Source: Armatimonadota bacterium (lineage in GTDB: Bacteria > Armatimonadota > HRBIN16). Taken from it: a DNA stretch of 64,000 bases. Where the stretch lies: assembly GCA_963677485.1 (NCBI GenBank), contig OY781964.1, forward strand, positions 2,112,001-2,176,000, in the 5' to 3' direction. Each line of letters begins with the position of its first letter. The stretch's first letter is position 1. The translations under genes were made by a program, and so were the position numbers. Under the pieces are notes generated by a model. It was not told the DNA's origin. It saw only the letters and a program-made list of their open reading frames with translations, and ran no database searches. Of this stretch, positions 1-10,894 are shown one piece after another.

Positions 1-221
1 TTTTGAAAGCTCAGCTCCTGAAGCCATACACTGCTGGTGGTGGCGACCGTCAGGCGGCCGTCACGGAATAGCTCCGGCCAACTGTTCTGAGCAATCACCT
101 CACCGAACATCTCATTCCATCGGCGCAGAATGGTATTGGCCTTTAATGAGTGGTGAAATCCCAGCGGGTCGGATTCACTGTCCAGCAGATCGCGGAACTG
201 CTTCATGTTCTCGCGTTTCAT
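1..221 (-). CDS. DUF721/DciA-family protein, runs off the window edge (C-terminus missing)
   Basis: Not in the ORF track. Manual translation: MKRENMKQFRDLL...LRRWNEMFGEVIAQNSWPELFRDGRLTVATTSSVWLQELSFQ, a typical DUF721 pattern (W..ivG..ia....P.....G.L.V...ss.W.qEL). Its ATG overlaps the recF stop (ATGA); recF-DUF721 synteny is common. Confidence 0.85.
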   Translation of the reverse strand, partial: MKRENMKQFRDLLDSESDPLGFHHSLKANTILRRWNEMFGEVIAQNSWPELFRDGRLTVATTSSVWLQELSFQ

Positions 222-1348
222 GTGATCTGACCTGCCTGAACGTGGAAAATGGTGGCTTGCTCCAGCAGTTCCGCTGGCAAAGAGCTCACTTCGGTGCAGG
301 TGATGATGCTCTGGGCACCCAGCAGATTCATTTTGAGCAGACGAGCACGCCGCCCCTCGTCCAGGTCACTTAACACGTCATCCAGCAATAGCACCGGTGC
401 TTCACCCTTTAGTTTGGTCACCAACTGGTACTCGGCACGCTTTAAAGCAAGGGTGGCGGTTCTCTGCTGACCCTGACTGCCGTAATGACGGGCGTCCATG
501 CCATTAACCGAGATGAGCAGATCATCGCGGTGCGGCCCCACGCAGGTGGTTCCCCTGCGAAGCTCATCGCCCGCCGTGGACAGTAACCCCTCATCGAAGC
601 TCTGCTTGATCTGCTCCAGCATAACGCCAGATGTGAACGGGCAGACATATTCCAGCTTCAAATACTCCGTGCTGTCAGAAAGCAGGCAATGTGCTTCCGC
701 CGCATATGGCAGGAGCTGGTTTATGAAATGCAAGCGCGAATGGATGATCTCAGCACCATAGCTGGTGAGCTGCTGGGACAGCACCTCGAAACTCGCCTGA
801 TCCATTGGGTCGATCTGCCCGCTTCGTTCTTTCGCGGTTTTCAGTATTTTGTTGCGCTGGTCCAGCACCTTTCGGTACCGGCTGAGGTTGTTGGCGTAGC
901 GGCTGCTGATCATGCCGATGGAGGAATCGAGATACTGCCTCCGCCCGGATGGTTCCCCCCGCACAGTCTCCAGATCCAGGCTGCTGAACACCACCACGTT
1001 GAGTTTTCCCAGTAAAGATACTAGCTCCACGAATTTGCTGTCAATCACTGCCTGCTTGTGTGCTGGCTTTCCGGCTTCAAGCTGGTAGTTGATCCGAATC
1101 TCCACCGGCACGGTATTCACCCTGTGAACCAGCGCTTCAACGCTCATGAATGGCGCGCCGCTTTTCAGTAGTTCGAGATCGCGGCTTGTTCTGAGTGCTC
1201 GGCCAGTCGCCAGATAGTATATAGATTCCAGCAGGTTGGTTTTGCCCTGAGCATTGGCACCCGTCAGGATGTTCAGACCTTCACTGGGTGTGAAAGCCAG
1301 TTTTTCGTAGTTCCGGAAGTTGGTGAGTGTAATATGTTTTATCTGCAT
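218..1348 (-). CDS. recF: DNA replication/repair protein RecF
   Basis: NFRNY N-terminal motif, Walker A GANAQGKTN, GPHRDD, SQGQQR and LLLDDVLSDLD. Start placed at ATG 1348 (MQIKHITL) rather than the ORF-track start of 1528. Confidence 0.97.
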   Translation of the reverse strand: MQIKHITLTNFRNYEKLAFTPSEGLNILTGANAQGKTNLLESIYYLATGRALRTSRDLELLKSGAPFMSVEALVHRVNTVPVEIRINYQLEAGKPAHKQAVIDSKFVELVSLLGKLNVVVFSSLDLETVRGEPSGRRQYLDSSIGMISSRYANNLSRYRKVLDQRNKILKTAKERSGQIDPMDQASFEVLSQQLTSYGAEIIHSRLHFINQLLPYAAEAHCLLSDSTEYLKLEYVCPFTSGVMLEQIKQSFDEGLLSTAGDELRRGTTCVGPHRDDLLISVNGMDARHYGSQGQQRTATLALKRAEYQLVTKLKGEAPVLLLDDVLSDLDEGRRARLLKMNLLGAQSIITCTEVSSLPAELLEQATIFHVQAGQIT

Positions 1349-1636
1349 ATGAGTTGGCAGGGTTGTCATTGCCCCTTGATTATTATATGCCACTGGCTCG
1401 TTATATCGAGGAAGGTCTGTCATTATGCTGACAATGGCTACACCTTCACCCACGGGTACCGCCGCGATGCCTGCTGCCGAAAATGTCATTGCGGCAAGAT
1501 GTGAATACGGCTGAGAAGTTTCTACCAATACATCATATATGAAGGATAAGCAGGCAGACGAATCGAACTCTACAGTGAGCCTGACACGCCGGATGCATGA
1601 ATATCAATGCACAAAATACTCCCAACCAGGCAGGAT

Positions 1637-3712
1637 ATGACTATGAATGTCCGAGTAGTGAAAAAGCGCGGTACACCGGTCTTACTCATCGATGGCAAAC
1701 CCACCGCACCCTGCATGTTCTTCATCAACACCGAGATGCCCACCTGGGCCTCGCGTCTGCCTGAAAATCTGGATGATCTGCGTCAGATGGCCGCTCGGGG
1801 GATTGACCTCATCAGCATCGTCATCCATATGGAATGGCTGAAACCGGGAGTGACGGCACTGGAATCATGGGTGGAGGATGACCTGCTGCGCCAGATCATC
1901 GAGGTTCACCCCAAATGCAAGCTGCTGTTGAGGGTTCTGATGACAGCACCGCCAGATTGGTGGTTGACCGAACACCAGCAGGAGTATGCGGTTACCCAGA
2001 AGGGCGTGCGTCTGCTGCCCTCCATGTTTTCGGAGGTGTGGCGTCGCGATGCCTCACGCTCGCTGGAGGCGTTGGTGCGCCATATCGAGAGTAAGTTCAA
2101 CGCCAATGTGCTGGGCTACCACCCCTCTGGACTGAATACGGGCGAATGGTTCTGTGAGGGCACATGGGACGGGGTGCTGACGGGCTTCGAGCCAGGTGCT
2201 CAGGCTGTATTTCAGGAGTGGCTGCGCAAGAAGTATCGAAATGACGCTGGCTTGCGCCGGGCTTCGGGTGACAGCTCGCTCAGCATCGACAGCGTGCAGG
2301 TACCCACCGAGCCGCAACGGCTCAGCGGCGTGACTGTTGATTTCCGCGACCCGAAGCGTGATTTCATCGCCTGTGCGTATGCTGAGTGCGAAAATGAGTA
2401 TGTAGCCAAAGCTGCCATCAGCATGTGTGAGGCCGTCAAACGCGCGGCACCGAACAAGCTGACGGTCATCTTCTACGGTTATGTCTACGAACTCTGTGCG
2501 GCTGTGCGCGGCTACCAAAGCTGCGGTCATGCCGCCATGGATCTGGTGCTTCGCAGTAAAGCGGTCGATGCCGTGGCTTCGCCCTACAGCTATGTGCTGC
2601 GGAACGCTGGTGGTCTGGGTGCTTACATGGTGTCAGTGGACTCTATACTGGCCGCGGGGAAGCTTTATTTCACGGAAGATGACACACGAACGCACCACCT
2701 GCTCAACACCCCATTTGCCGCGGAAGCAGAGAAGAGCCAGCGGGAGACTAATGGGGTGATCCTGCGCAATTTCGCGCATGTGCTGACGCACGGACATGCC
2801 ATCTGGTGGATGGACCTGATGACCGAAGGCGCCTACCGCGGCCGTGAGACCCAGGATCTCATGAAGAAGTGTCAGGATGCCTACCAGGCTGTGCTCACTA
2901 AGCTGGAGTTGTATCAGCCCGAGATCGCCTCCATCACCGACGATAATAGTGAGTTCGCGATCACGGCCAATGGGGAATTAGCCAGATGCTCGATGGGCAA
3001 CATCCGGCTGGGGTTATACCGTGTCGGAGCCCCGTTGGGTTACTACCGGCTGGCCGACCTGCAGGAAGGACGCCTGCCAGCAGTCAAGCTGTTGGTCATG
3101 CACAACCTGCACGAGCTCCACAAGACCCAGCGCCGGAAGATCGACGAATATATCCAGCGGACGGGATGCAGCGTGGTCTGGATCGGTACTCCTGGCATCA
3201 TCAGCGAGCGGGGATATGATCCGAATTACACCCAGGCGGTCACAGGAATGAGCAGCCGTGAGATACAGCCCGGAGCCAGTATCATCGTCACACCGGACGG
3301 AAAAGAGACCGAGGTCGCCGGCCGACGCATATACCCCTCGCTGGCCATCAACCAACCGGGCGCAGAGGTGTTGGGCACGCACAAAGACACCGGCCTGCCC
3401 TGCCTGGCTTTGAGGCTCAAACCTGATGGCAGTTTCGTGGCCTGGAGCACGTTGACCAACATCCCGCTGGCTCAATTGAAAATACTCATCAAGCTGGCCA
3501 ATGTGCATCAAGTGGTGGACAGCGACGACGGTGTGATGGCAGGCAACAACTATGTGGCTGTCCATGCCTGGACCGCTGGTGAGAAGCTTCTATCGCTTCC
3601 CGGTCCACGGCGGTGGGTGAATGCGGTCACCGGCCAGGATTACGGCCAGATCTCGCGATTACGAGTACCGATGCAGAAGGGTGACACCATCCTGCTGCGC
3701 CAAACCGAATAA
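1637..3712 (+). CDS. Putative glycoside hydrolase (GH42/beta-galactosidase-like TIM barrel plus trimerisation-like domain), paralog 1
   Basis: GEWF motif, FQEWLRKKY..D.GL, DAVASPYSY, YFTEDDTRT. The start may be 1637 or 1643. Confidence 0.65.
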   Translation: MTMNVRVVKKRGTPVLLIDGKPTAPCMFFINTEMPTWASRLPENLDDLRQMAARGIDLISIVIHMEWLKPGVTALESWVEDDLLRQIIEVHPKCKLLLRVLMTAPPDWWLTEHQQEYAVTQKGVRLLPSMFSEVWRRDASRSLEALVRHIESKFNANVLGYHPSGLNTGEWFCEGTWDGVLTGFEPGAQAVFQEWLRKKYRNDAGLRRASGDSSLSIDSVQVPTEPQRLSGVTVDFRDPKRDFIACAYAECENEYVAKAAISMCEAVKRAAPNKLTVIFYGYVYELCAAVRGYQSCGHAAMDLVLRSKAVDAVASPYSYVLRNAGGLGAYMVSVDSILAAGKLYFTEDDTRTHHLLNTPFAAEAEKSQRETNGVILRNFAHVLTHGHAIWWMDLMTEGAYRGRETQDLMKKCQDAYQAVLTKLELYQPEIASITDDNSEFAITANGELARCSMGNIRLGLYRVGAPLGYYRLADLQEGRLPAVKLLVMHNLHELHKTQRRKIDEYIQRTGCSVVWIGTPGIISERGYDPNYTQAVTGMSSREIQPGASIIVTPDGKETEVAGRRIYPSLAINQPGAEVLGTHKDTGLPCLALRLKPDGSFVAWSTLTNIPLAQLKILIKLANVHQVVDSDDGVMAGNNYVAVHAWTAGEKLLSLPGPRRWVNAVTGQDYGQISRLRVPMQKGDTILLRQTE

Positions 3713-3737
3713 CAGCCCTACAGGCAGGTCGTACCTA

Positions 3738-5807
3738 ATGTATGTTCGTGTAGCCAAACGACGCGGCACACCCGTGCTGCTGATCGATAACAAACCGATA
3801 CCGCCCTGTATGTTCTTCATCAACACGGAGGCGCCCAACTGGGCACCGCGGCTGGCGGAGAACCTGGACGACATCCGGCAGATGGGCCTGCGGGGCATCG
3901 ACCTCATCAGCATCATGATCCATATGGAATGGCTGAAAGAGGGTGAGACCGAGCTGAAGTCCTGGACGGAAGATGAGCTGCTGAAGCAGATCATCGCCGT
4001 CCATCCGCGCTGCAAGCTCCTGCTCAGGGTATTTATCACCTGGCCGCCGCAGTGGTGGAAGGAGCAGAACCCGGATGAGTATTCGGTCACGCAGACGGGT
4101 AAGTCGGACATCATCTCGGTCTACTCTGAGAAGTGGCGCAGCGACACCGCCCGCTCTCTTGAGGCGATGGTGCGGCACATCGAACGCAAATTCGGCAGCA
4201 ACGTGCTGGGTTACCAGCCATCTGGACTGAACACCGGCGAGTGGTTCTGCGATGGCACCGGAGCCGGTACGCTGATGGGCTTTGAGCCGATTGCCGGAGT
4301 GGCATTTCGTGGGTGGTTGCGGAAGAAATACCGCAATGACGAAGGTCTGCAAAAAGCCGCTGGTCACAGCGACATCAGCCTGAGCAGCGTCACGGTGCCC
4401 ACCGTTGAGCAGCGCATGAGGGGTATCACGCAGGACTTCCGCGACCCAAAACGCGACTTTGTGGCCATACAGTATGCGATGTGCGAGAACGAGTTTGTGG
4501 CTAAAGCCGCTATCAGCATGTGCGAGGCGGCCAAGAGGGCGGCGCCCAACAAGCTGACGGTGATATTCTACGGCTATATCTATGAGCTGGCCTGGTGCCC
4601 TCGCGGATTCCAGAGCAGCGGCCATGCGGCCATCGATCTCGTGCTGCGCAGTAAAGCGGTGGATGCACTCGCCTCACCCTATAGTTATATGGAGCGCAGC
4701 GCGGGAGGCATCGGTGGCTATATGGTGCCTGTGGACTCCATACTGGCCGCCGGGAAGCTCTATTTTACAGAGGATGACACCCGCACGCACCATCTGCTCT
4801 CCACCGCATTTGCGGCGGAGTCAGAGAAGAGCCAGCGGGAGACCAACGGCGTGCTGCTGCGCAACTTCGCGCATGTGCTGACGCACGGGCACGCCATCTG
4901 GTGGATGGACCTGATGACCGAAGGGGCCTATCGTGGGCGTGAGACACAGGACCTCATGAAGAAGTGTAAAGACGCGTATCAGGCGGTGCTGCCCCAACTG
5001 GAGCCGTATCACGCCGAAATCGCCTCCATCACGGACGAAAACAGCGAGTTCGCCATTACCGCAAATGGGGAGTTGGGCAGGAGCTCGATGGTGTTCATCC
5101 GATTGGGGCTATATCGAATGGGAGCTCCTCTGGGATACTACCGGCTGGCCGATCTGCTGGAGGGGCGGCTGCCCAAGCTGAAGCTGCTGATCATGCACAA
5201 CCTGCACGCACTCAACGCCGACCAGCGTGGGAAGATCGCAGCCTATATCAGGCGCACAGGCTGCAGCGTGATCTGGCTGGGTGCCCCGGGCATCATCAGC
5301 GAACGGGGATATAATCCCAAAAACACGCTGGCGGTCACCGGAATGCGGAGCCGCGAAACCGAGCAGGGGGCAGGCGTGATGGTGACGCCCGGCGGCACTG
5401 AAGTCGCGATCGCTGACCGCCGGATGGCCCCCGCACTGGCGATTAACCAGCCCGGCGTCGAGGTGCTGGGTCGGCTTAAAGACACCAGCCTTCCCTGCCT
5501 TGCCGGAAAAACAAACCCAAACGGAAGCTTCACCGCCTGGAGCACCTTGAACGCAGTGCCGTTGGCGCAGCTTCAACTGCTGGCCACACGGGCGGGGGTT
5601 CACCGGGTGGTGGAGAGCGATGATGTGGTGATCGCCGGCAACGGCTACCTGGCCGTCCATGCCTGTTCCGATGGCGAGAAGCGGCTGGAACTGCCCAGTC
5701 CTGGCCCTTGGCGCGATGCCATATCGGGTAAAGAGTATGGCGAGGTATCGCAGATATGTCTCACGATGCAGAAGGGCGACACCATCTTGCTGCGGTCTGG
5801 TGGATGA
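3738..5807 (+). CDS. Putative glycoside hydrolase (GH42-like), paralog 2 (tandem duplicate)
   Basis: Colinear with the upstream gene end to end, with long identical peptide blocks. ATG 3738 (MYVRVAKRRG) aligns with MNVRVVKKRG. Confidence 0.65.
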   Translation: MYVRVAKRRGTPVLLIDNKPIPPCMFFINTEAPNWAPRLAENLDDIRQMGLRGIDLISIMIHMEWLKEGETELKSWTEDELLKQIIAVHPRCKLLLRVFITWPPQWWKEQNPDEYSVTQTGKSDIISVYSEKWRSDTARSLEAMVRHIERKFGSNVLGYQPSGLNTGEWFCDGTGAGTLMGFEPIAGVAFRGWLRKKYRNDEGLQKAAGHSDISLSSVTVPTVEQRMRGITQDFRDPKRDFVAIQYAMCENEFVAKAAISMCEAAKRAAPNKLTVIFYGYIYELAWCPRGFQSSGHAAIDLVLRSKAVDALASPYSYMERSAGGIGGYMVPVDSILAAGKLYFTEDDTRTHHLLSTAFAAESEKSQRETNGVLLRNFAHVLTHGHAIWWMDLMTEGAYRGRETQDLMKKCKDAYQAVLPQLEPYHAEIASITDENSEFAITANGELGRSSMVFIRLGLYRMGAPLGYYRLADLLEGRLPKLKLLIMHNLHALNADQRGKIAAYIRRTGCSVIWLGAPGIISERGYNPKNTLAVTGMRSRETEQGAGVMVTPGGTEVAIADRRMAPALAINQPGVEVLGRLKDTSLPCLAGKTNPNGSFTAWSTLNAVPLAQLQLLATRAGVHRVVESDDVVIAGNGYLAVHACSDGEKRLELPSPGPWRDAISGKEYGEVSQICLTMQKGDTILLRSGG

Positions 5808-6100
5808 TCTCACGCGGAGACGCGGAGAGCACGGAGGGGAATCATTTCACGCGAAGACGCGAAGACGCGAAGGGTTGTACGGTAGTGGTCCGGGAACCTT
5901 AACCACGAATAGACACGAATGGACACTAATACCGGAAGAGCAGCGCAAAGACACTAAGACGAATGGGAAATCGCTGGGAACGCCAATCTCCTGATTGGCC
6001 TCCCCCTCCCATCCGAATCCATCCGTGTAATCCGTGGTTCAGACAACGCAGCGCGCCGGTCTGGCGGAGTGCCTTTCGCGCCTTCGCGTCTTCGCGTGAC
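5808..6100. repeat. Intergenic mosaic of short-period repeats plus a GCCAATC..GATTGGC hairpin module
   Basis: CACGCGGAG/CACGCGAAG/AACCACGAAT periodic units; perfect 18-bp inverted pair at 5847-5864 and 6082-6099. Confidence 0.85.
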
Positions 6101-6180
6101 ATCTTTTCGGCAATATGCATGACTTTCCGCATCCGATGGCGAATATATACTTAATACTACTTGCCAAGCGAGGTCAGTCC

Positions 6181-9100
6181 ATGATCCACCATATGCGATG
6201 CGAACACCTTGAGAACCCACTCGCCATCGATACCGCCAAGCCGATGCTCAGTTGGTGGTGCCTGGCACCCAGACGCGGCCAACGAAGCATGAGCGCGCAG
6301 ATTCAAGTGGCGTCACGCCTGGAGCTGCTGCGTATCAGCCGGCCTGATCTGTGGGACAGCGGGGCCAAAACGCTGTCGCATGGTGACCCCTGGTTGCTCT
6401 ATGCGGGAAAACCTCTGCACAGTCGGCAGCAGTGTCACTGGCGGGTCAGGGTGCGCGATGAGCAGGGTCGGTGGTGTCCTTGGAGCCAGTCTGCTCAGTT
6501 CGGCATCGGCTTGCTGCAGAAGTCGGACTGGCGCGCCAAGTGGATCACTCACCCGAAGCTGGCCGATGCGATGTCAATGAAGCGCGTGAACGGCTGGCAC
6601 AGCCAGTTCGCAGAGCAGGATGTGCCTTGCAGCATCACGCTGCGCTGGGACTCACCACAGCATATAGACGGACTGCGCCTTTTCCCCACCATGCCCTTCG
6701 ACTATCCTGAAGACGTGCCCGGGTTCCTGTTCCCCGTGCGCTACCGTGTGGAGGGCGGCCTCGGAGCCGATGAGTCAGCACCGAAGCTTCTGGCCGATGG
6801 CACCGCGCTTGATCAGGCGAACCCGAAAGACAAACCTGTCACCCTCTACTGGCCAGCGCAGAACCTGCAGTGGGTGCGGCTGACCATCACCAAACGGCCC
6901 AAGCACCCTAACATGCCCCAATATGCCTGCACACTGGCCGAAATTCAAGCGGTGTCTCAGGGCAAAACACTCGCGCCACCCAGCCAGTGCAGCGCTTCTG
7001 AGAGCTACCCCAGTGGCACCTGGGATGTATCTTGCCTGACGGATGGTCAGACCACCAGCCCCCCTCGTATCGCTCTCGCGGCTGAAGCGAGCTCCGTGCC
7101 GATGATCAAGAAGAGGTTCGCTGTGCCGGTCCAACCGCTGCGGGCCATTCTACGGGTGACCGCGAGAGGGCTATACGAAATATATCTGAATGGCCACCGC
7201 GTGGGTGACCAGGTTCTCGCGCCTGAGTGGACACAATACGAAAAGCGGCTGCTGGTGCAGAGCTATGATGTCACCAAACTGTTACCCAAGGGGCAAGCAG
7301 AGCTGAAGGCGCAACTGGGCTCTGGCTGGTGGTGCGGCCGCTTCGGTTGGCAAGGGCAGGCCGCCTTCTGGGGTGAAAGTCCCTGGCTGTTGGCGCAACT
7401 TGAGATCGAGATGCCGGGAGGTCAGCGCACGATTATCGCCACTGACGGGACCTGGCAGGCGACGCTGGATGGCCCCATCAAGGCCGAGAACCTGTATGAC
7501 GGCGAATCCTATGATGCCCGCTCCACCAGTTTCCGCTGGAGCCCAACCGTGGCCAAACCGCTGGATGATGTGCGGCTTCAGCCACAGATGAACCAGCCGA
7601 TGCGCATCCAAAACCGCGCCTTCCCCAAAAGTATCACCCCGATGGCCGACGGAAAATATCTGGTGGATTTCGGCACGGATATCACGGGCGTCTGCTCTAT
7701 CTCAGGCACAGGCAAGGCGGGTGAGCCGGTGGTGCTTCGCCATGCGGAGATACTGGAGCCGAACGGTCAGATCTATACCGCCAATCTGCGGAGTGCCCAA
7801 TGCACCGACCGCTATATCCCGGCCGACTCCAAGCCGTTCCAGTTCACCCCGAGTTTCACTTATCGGTGCTTCCGCTATGTGGAGATATCCGGCCTGGCCG
7901 CCCCGCCCACTCTGCAGCAGATTCGCCGGCTGGAGTTCTGCTCGGACAGCCCGGTGCTGGCGGAGATCAACACGCCAGACCCCACCCTGAACTGGATTGT
8001 GGCCGCCGCCATCCGAACCCAGCGGAACAACACGACCAGCGTGCCCACCGACTGCCCCCAGCGCGATGAGCGTATGGGATACGGCGGGGATGCCATGGCC
8101 ATGAGCCTGCCCACCATGATGGCGCTGGATGCCACCGCCTTTTACGAGAAGGTGAGTTACGACTGGCTGGACGGCCAAACCCCGGAGGGCACCACCCAGT
8201 GGATCGCCCCCAGCGTGGGCACCATGACCACTGTACCGGAGGTCTGCCCGGGCTGGAACGATGCGCTGGTGGTGATCCCCTGGCACAACTTCCTGACCAG
8301 CGGCGACCCCCGCCCACTTGCCGATGTTTTACCGTGCGCAGAGAAGTATATCGAGTGGATCAGCAGCCGAAATCCCGACGGCATATGGTCGGTGGCCAAC
8401 GGGCCGGATATCGGCGACTGGCTGAACGGTGATACGATCTCACGGATACCAGGGTTCCCACAGGGCGAAGGGCGGATTCCCATCGATCTTTTCGGCACCA
8501 TGATGTGGTATCGCAGCACACGCGTCACCGCTCAGATGGCGGCTGAACTGGGCAACCGCAGCTTGCAGGCCAAATATGAAGCATTAGCTTTGAAAATCCG
8601 GCAGGCGTTTGCTGCGAAGTGGTTGAATCCCGATGGCGGTTTGGCCACCAACACGCAGGGCATAATCTCCATGGCCATCGGCTTTGGACTGCTGGACGAT
8701 GCGAAGATGCAGGCCCTGATCCCCAGGCTTGAGGGGGCGATCGCCCGCTATGACGGCCGCTTCAGCACCGGCTTTCACACCACGCCGCAGATGCTGATGT
8801 CGCTCAGTCGGTTTGGCAAGCACGAGCTGGCGCTGAAGATGGCTATGCAGCACCGCCCGCCGAGTTGGGGTTACATGATGGATCTGGGCCATCACACCAT
8901 CTGGGAGCGTTGGGACGGCTACCAGAAGGATGTGGGCCCGAACGATCCGGGCATGAACTCCTTCAGCCACCCAGCCTTTGGAGCTGTTTTGGAGTGGATC
9001 ATCCGTTATGTGGTGGGCATCCAGCTACAATCCGATTCGCCAGCCTACCGCAGCGTGCGGCTGATGCCGCAGCCTTCAGAGGCTCTGCCGAATGCCTCGG

Positions 9101-9339
9101 GTCGAATCGCCACACCCCGCGGCTGGATAAGTATGAACTGGAGCTCCAGCGCCGGTAAGTTGAGCGTCGAGATAGAGATACCTTGCGACAGCCGCGCCAC
9201 GCTGATACTTCCGCGCGCGTTCACTCGCCGGATTAGTGAAGGTGGCAAAGAGTGGAAGGGTGGGGTGAAACCCATCAGCGATACCCAGGTATCGATCAGC
9301 CTGTCATCTGGCCGGTATCAGTTTGGATTACTCAAGTAG
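6181..9339 (+). CDS. Alpha-L-rhamnosidase (GH78) with an inserted discoidin/CBM-like segment
   Basis: CEHLENPLAID N-terminus, DFG, PTDCPQRDERMGYGGD, TIWERWD, MNSFSHPAFG. Confidence 0.92.
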   Translation: MIHHMRCEHLENPLAIDTAKPMLSWWCLAPRRGQRSMSAQIQVASRLELLRISRPDLWDSGAKTLSHGDPWLLYAGKPLHSRQQCHWRVRVRDEQGRWCPWSQSAQFGIGLLQKSDWRAKWITHPKLADAMSMKRVNGWHSQFAEQDVPCSITLRWDSPQHIDGLRLFPTMPFDYPEDVPGFLFPVRYRVEGGLGADESAPKLLADGTALDQANPKDKPVTLYWPAQNLQWVRLTITKRPKHPNMPQYACTLAEIQAVSQGKTLAPPSQCSASESYPSGTWDVSCLTDGQTTSPPRIALAAEASSVPMIKKRFAVPVQPLRAILRVTARGLYEIYLNGHRVGDQVLAPEWTQYEKRLLVQSYDVTKLLPKGQAELKAQLGSGWWCGRFGWQGQAAFWGESPWLLAQLEIEMPGGQRTIIATDGTWQATLDGPIKAENLYDGESYDARSTSFRWSPTVAKPLDDVRLQPQMNQPMRIQNRAFPKSITPMADGKYLVDFGTDITGVCSISGTGKAGEPVVLRHAEILEPNGQIYTANLRSAQCTDRYIPADSKPFQFTPSFTYRCFRYVEISGLAAPPTLQQIRRLEFCSDSPVLAEINTPDPTLNWIVAAAIRTQRNNTTSVPTDCPQRDERMGYGGDAMAMSLPTMMALDATAFYEKVSYDWLDGQTPEGTTQWIAPSVGTMTTVPEVCPGWNDALVVIPWHNFLTSGDPRPLADVLPCAEKYIEWISSRNPDGIWSVANGPDIGDWLNGDTISRIPGFPQGEGRIPIDLFGTMMWYRSTRVTAQMAAELGNRSLQAKYEALALKIRQAFAAKWLNPDGGLATNTQGIISMAIGFGLLDDAKMQALIPRLEGAIARYDGRFSTGFHTTPQMLMSLSRFGKHELALKMAMQHRPPSWGYMMDLGHHTIWERWDGYQKDVGPNDPGMNSFSHPAFGAVLEWIIRYVVGIQLQSDSPAYRSVRLMPQPSEALPNASGRIATPRGWISMNWSSSAGKLSVEIEIPCDSRATLILPRAFTRRISEGGKEWKGGVKPISDTQVSISLSSGRYQFGLLK

Positions 9340-9371
9340 AAGCCATCACGCAAACATGAAGGGCAAACAGC

Positions 9372-10856
9372 ATGAAGCGAATACCTAATCTGGCCGCCGA
9401 ATCGGTCGACCGCGAAAAGCAGCGGCGTTACTACGTCAACAGCATCTACAATATGTGGCGCATATACGACCAGCCCGAGGTCTACACCAAATGGTATGAC
9501 CATTGCGATGACATCGGCTTCAACAGCGTGAATATGGACAGCTCCTGGTCATCGGAACGCCCCGATGGCAGCTATGACTGGGAGGTGCTTGATGCGCAGA
9601 TGGACATCGGCATCGCACGCGGATACACCATCTGGCCGCGCATCAACTGCACTTTGATACGCAAGGCCTCCGGTGAGCCGCAAAGGCCCTACTGGCTGAC
9701 CGATGAGATGCTGATGTGCCGTCCCGATGGCTCCACGTACAGCCACGCCAACGGTCCGATAGCGGCCATCACCCACCCGCTGGTGTTCCAGAAGATGGTG
9801 CGGTTTGCCGGTGAGTTTGCCCTGCACCTGGAAGGCTATCTGAAGTCCCGCGGCATCCGCAACAATCCGATGGTGTGCATGCCCTTCAGCTTCACCCCCA
9901 CCGCGGAGGCCGAATACTTCTTTGACGGCGAATTGGACCACTCGCCCAGTGCCAAAGCGGCTTTCACCAGATGGATCCGCACACGGTATCAGAGTCTGGC
10001 TGCTTTGAACCGTGCCTGGGATAGCAGTCACACCAGTTGGGATGCCCCCCAACTGGGTAATAGCCACCAGACAGACCGGCACCTCTTCTACGAAGCGCAA
10101 CTGCAGAAGCTGTTCGACGCTGTGGCGGATGCTGTTCACAAGGCCAGTCCGCGTATGAGGTTGGGGCTGCAGGTGGGTTGCGTGTGGGATGTGCCCCAGC
10201 GCCGAATGATCAACATCAACAAGCTGATGCGCAAAGTAGACTGGCTGCTGGTGGCGGATGCGCACTCCTACCCCACCGCCTTCACCATGGACATCTTGCG
10301 GGCCAACCTGCCCGGGAAACAGCTCAGCAACGAGATCGACGGTCCCGGGTTTGGCGGCACCGATGAGCAGCGGTTGACTCAGGGGCAGCTTACCTGGCAG
10401 CGCGGCGGCCGGAGTGTGTACACCAGCAACTGGGTGCCCATTGAAACCATGGCAGAGACGGACAAGTGGCGGTTCCTGAAAACACTGGCTCTGCAGAAAG
10501 ACACTCCGCTGCCCAAGCTGCAGCCAACCACCGCCATGCTGCTGTCTACCTGGGACATCATATGCGGTTACACCAGCTCGCAGGCGGTGTATATCCCCGC
10601 GCATAGCCGCCTGTGCGACGACGGTAAGCAGATCATCGATGTGCTGACCGACAGCTTCCTGCAGGACAACCCCCGTGTGCTGGCACGCTATAGGAAGATC
10701 GTGCTGCCATACAACAAGGTGGTGCCTGCCAAGCTGATCCCGCTGCTGAAAGCCAACAAGCTGCGGGTGGTGCTGGAGCGGCCGGACATCGCCGGCACAT
10801 CGGATGCTTACGGGCACCGCACCGCCAGCTCGCTGAGTGCATCGCTTGGCAGCTAA
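9372..10856 (+). CDS. Putative glycoside hydrolase (GH42-like, clan A)
   Basis: E.PDGSYDW..LD motif and FTRWIRTRYQSLAALNRAW, typical of GH42-like proteins. Confidence 0.6.
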   Translation: MKRIPNLAAESVDREKQRRYYVNSIYNMWRIYDQPEVYTKWYDHCDDIGFNSVNMDSSWSSERPDGSYDWEVLDAQMDIGIARGYTIWPRINCTLIRKASGEPQRPYWLTDEMLMCRPDGSTYSHANGPIAAITHPLVFQKMVRFAGEFALHLEGYLKSRGIRNNPMVCMPFSFTPTAEAEYFFDGELDHSPSAKAAFTRWIRTRYQSLAALNRAWDSSHTSWDAPQLGNSHQTDRHLFYEAQLQKLFDAVADAVHKASPRMRLGLQVGCVWDVPQRRMININKLMRKVDWLLVADAHSYPTAFTMDILRANLPGKQLSNEIDGPGFGGTDEQRLTQGQLTWQRGGRSVYTSNWVPIETMAETDKWRFLKTLALQKDTPLPKLQPTTAMLLSTWDIICGYTSSQAVYIPAHSRLCDDGKQIIDVLTDSFLQDNPRVLARYRKIVLPYNKVVPAKLIPLLKANKLRVVLERPDIAGTSDAYGHRTASSLSASLGS

Positions 10857-10894
10857 TAGATTACGCACAATAGCCAACACATAAGGAGAGAAAA

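Noticed and set aside
1349-1636. Replication origin near recF
   Set aside because: There is no dnaA or dnaN adjacent and no cluster of TTATCCACA boxes.
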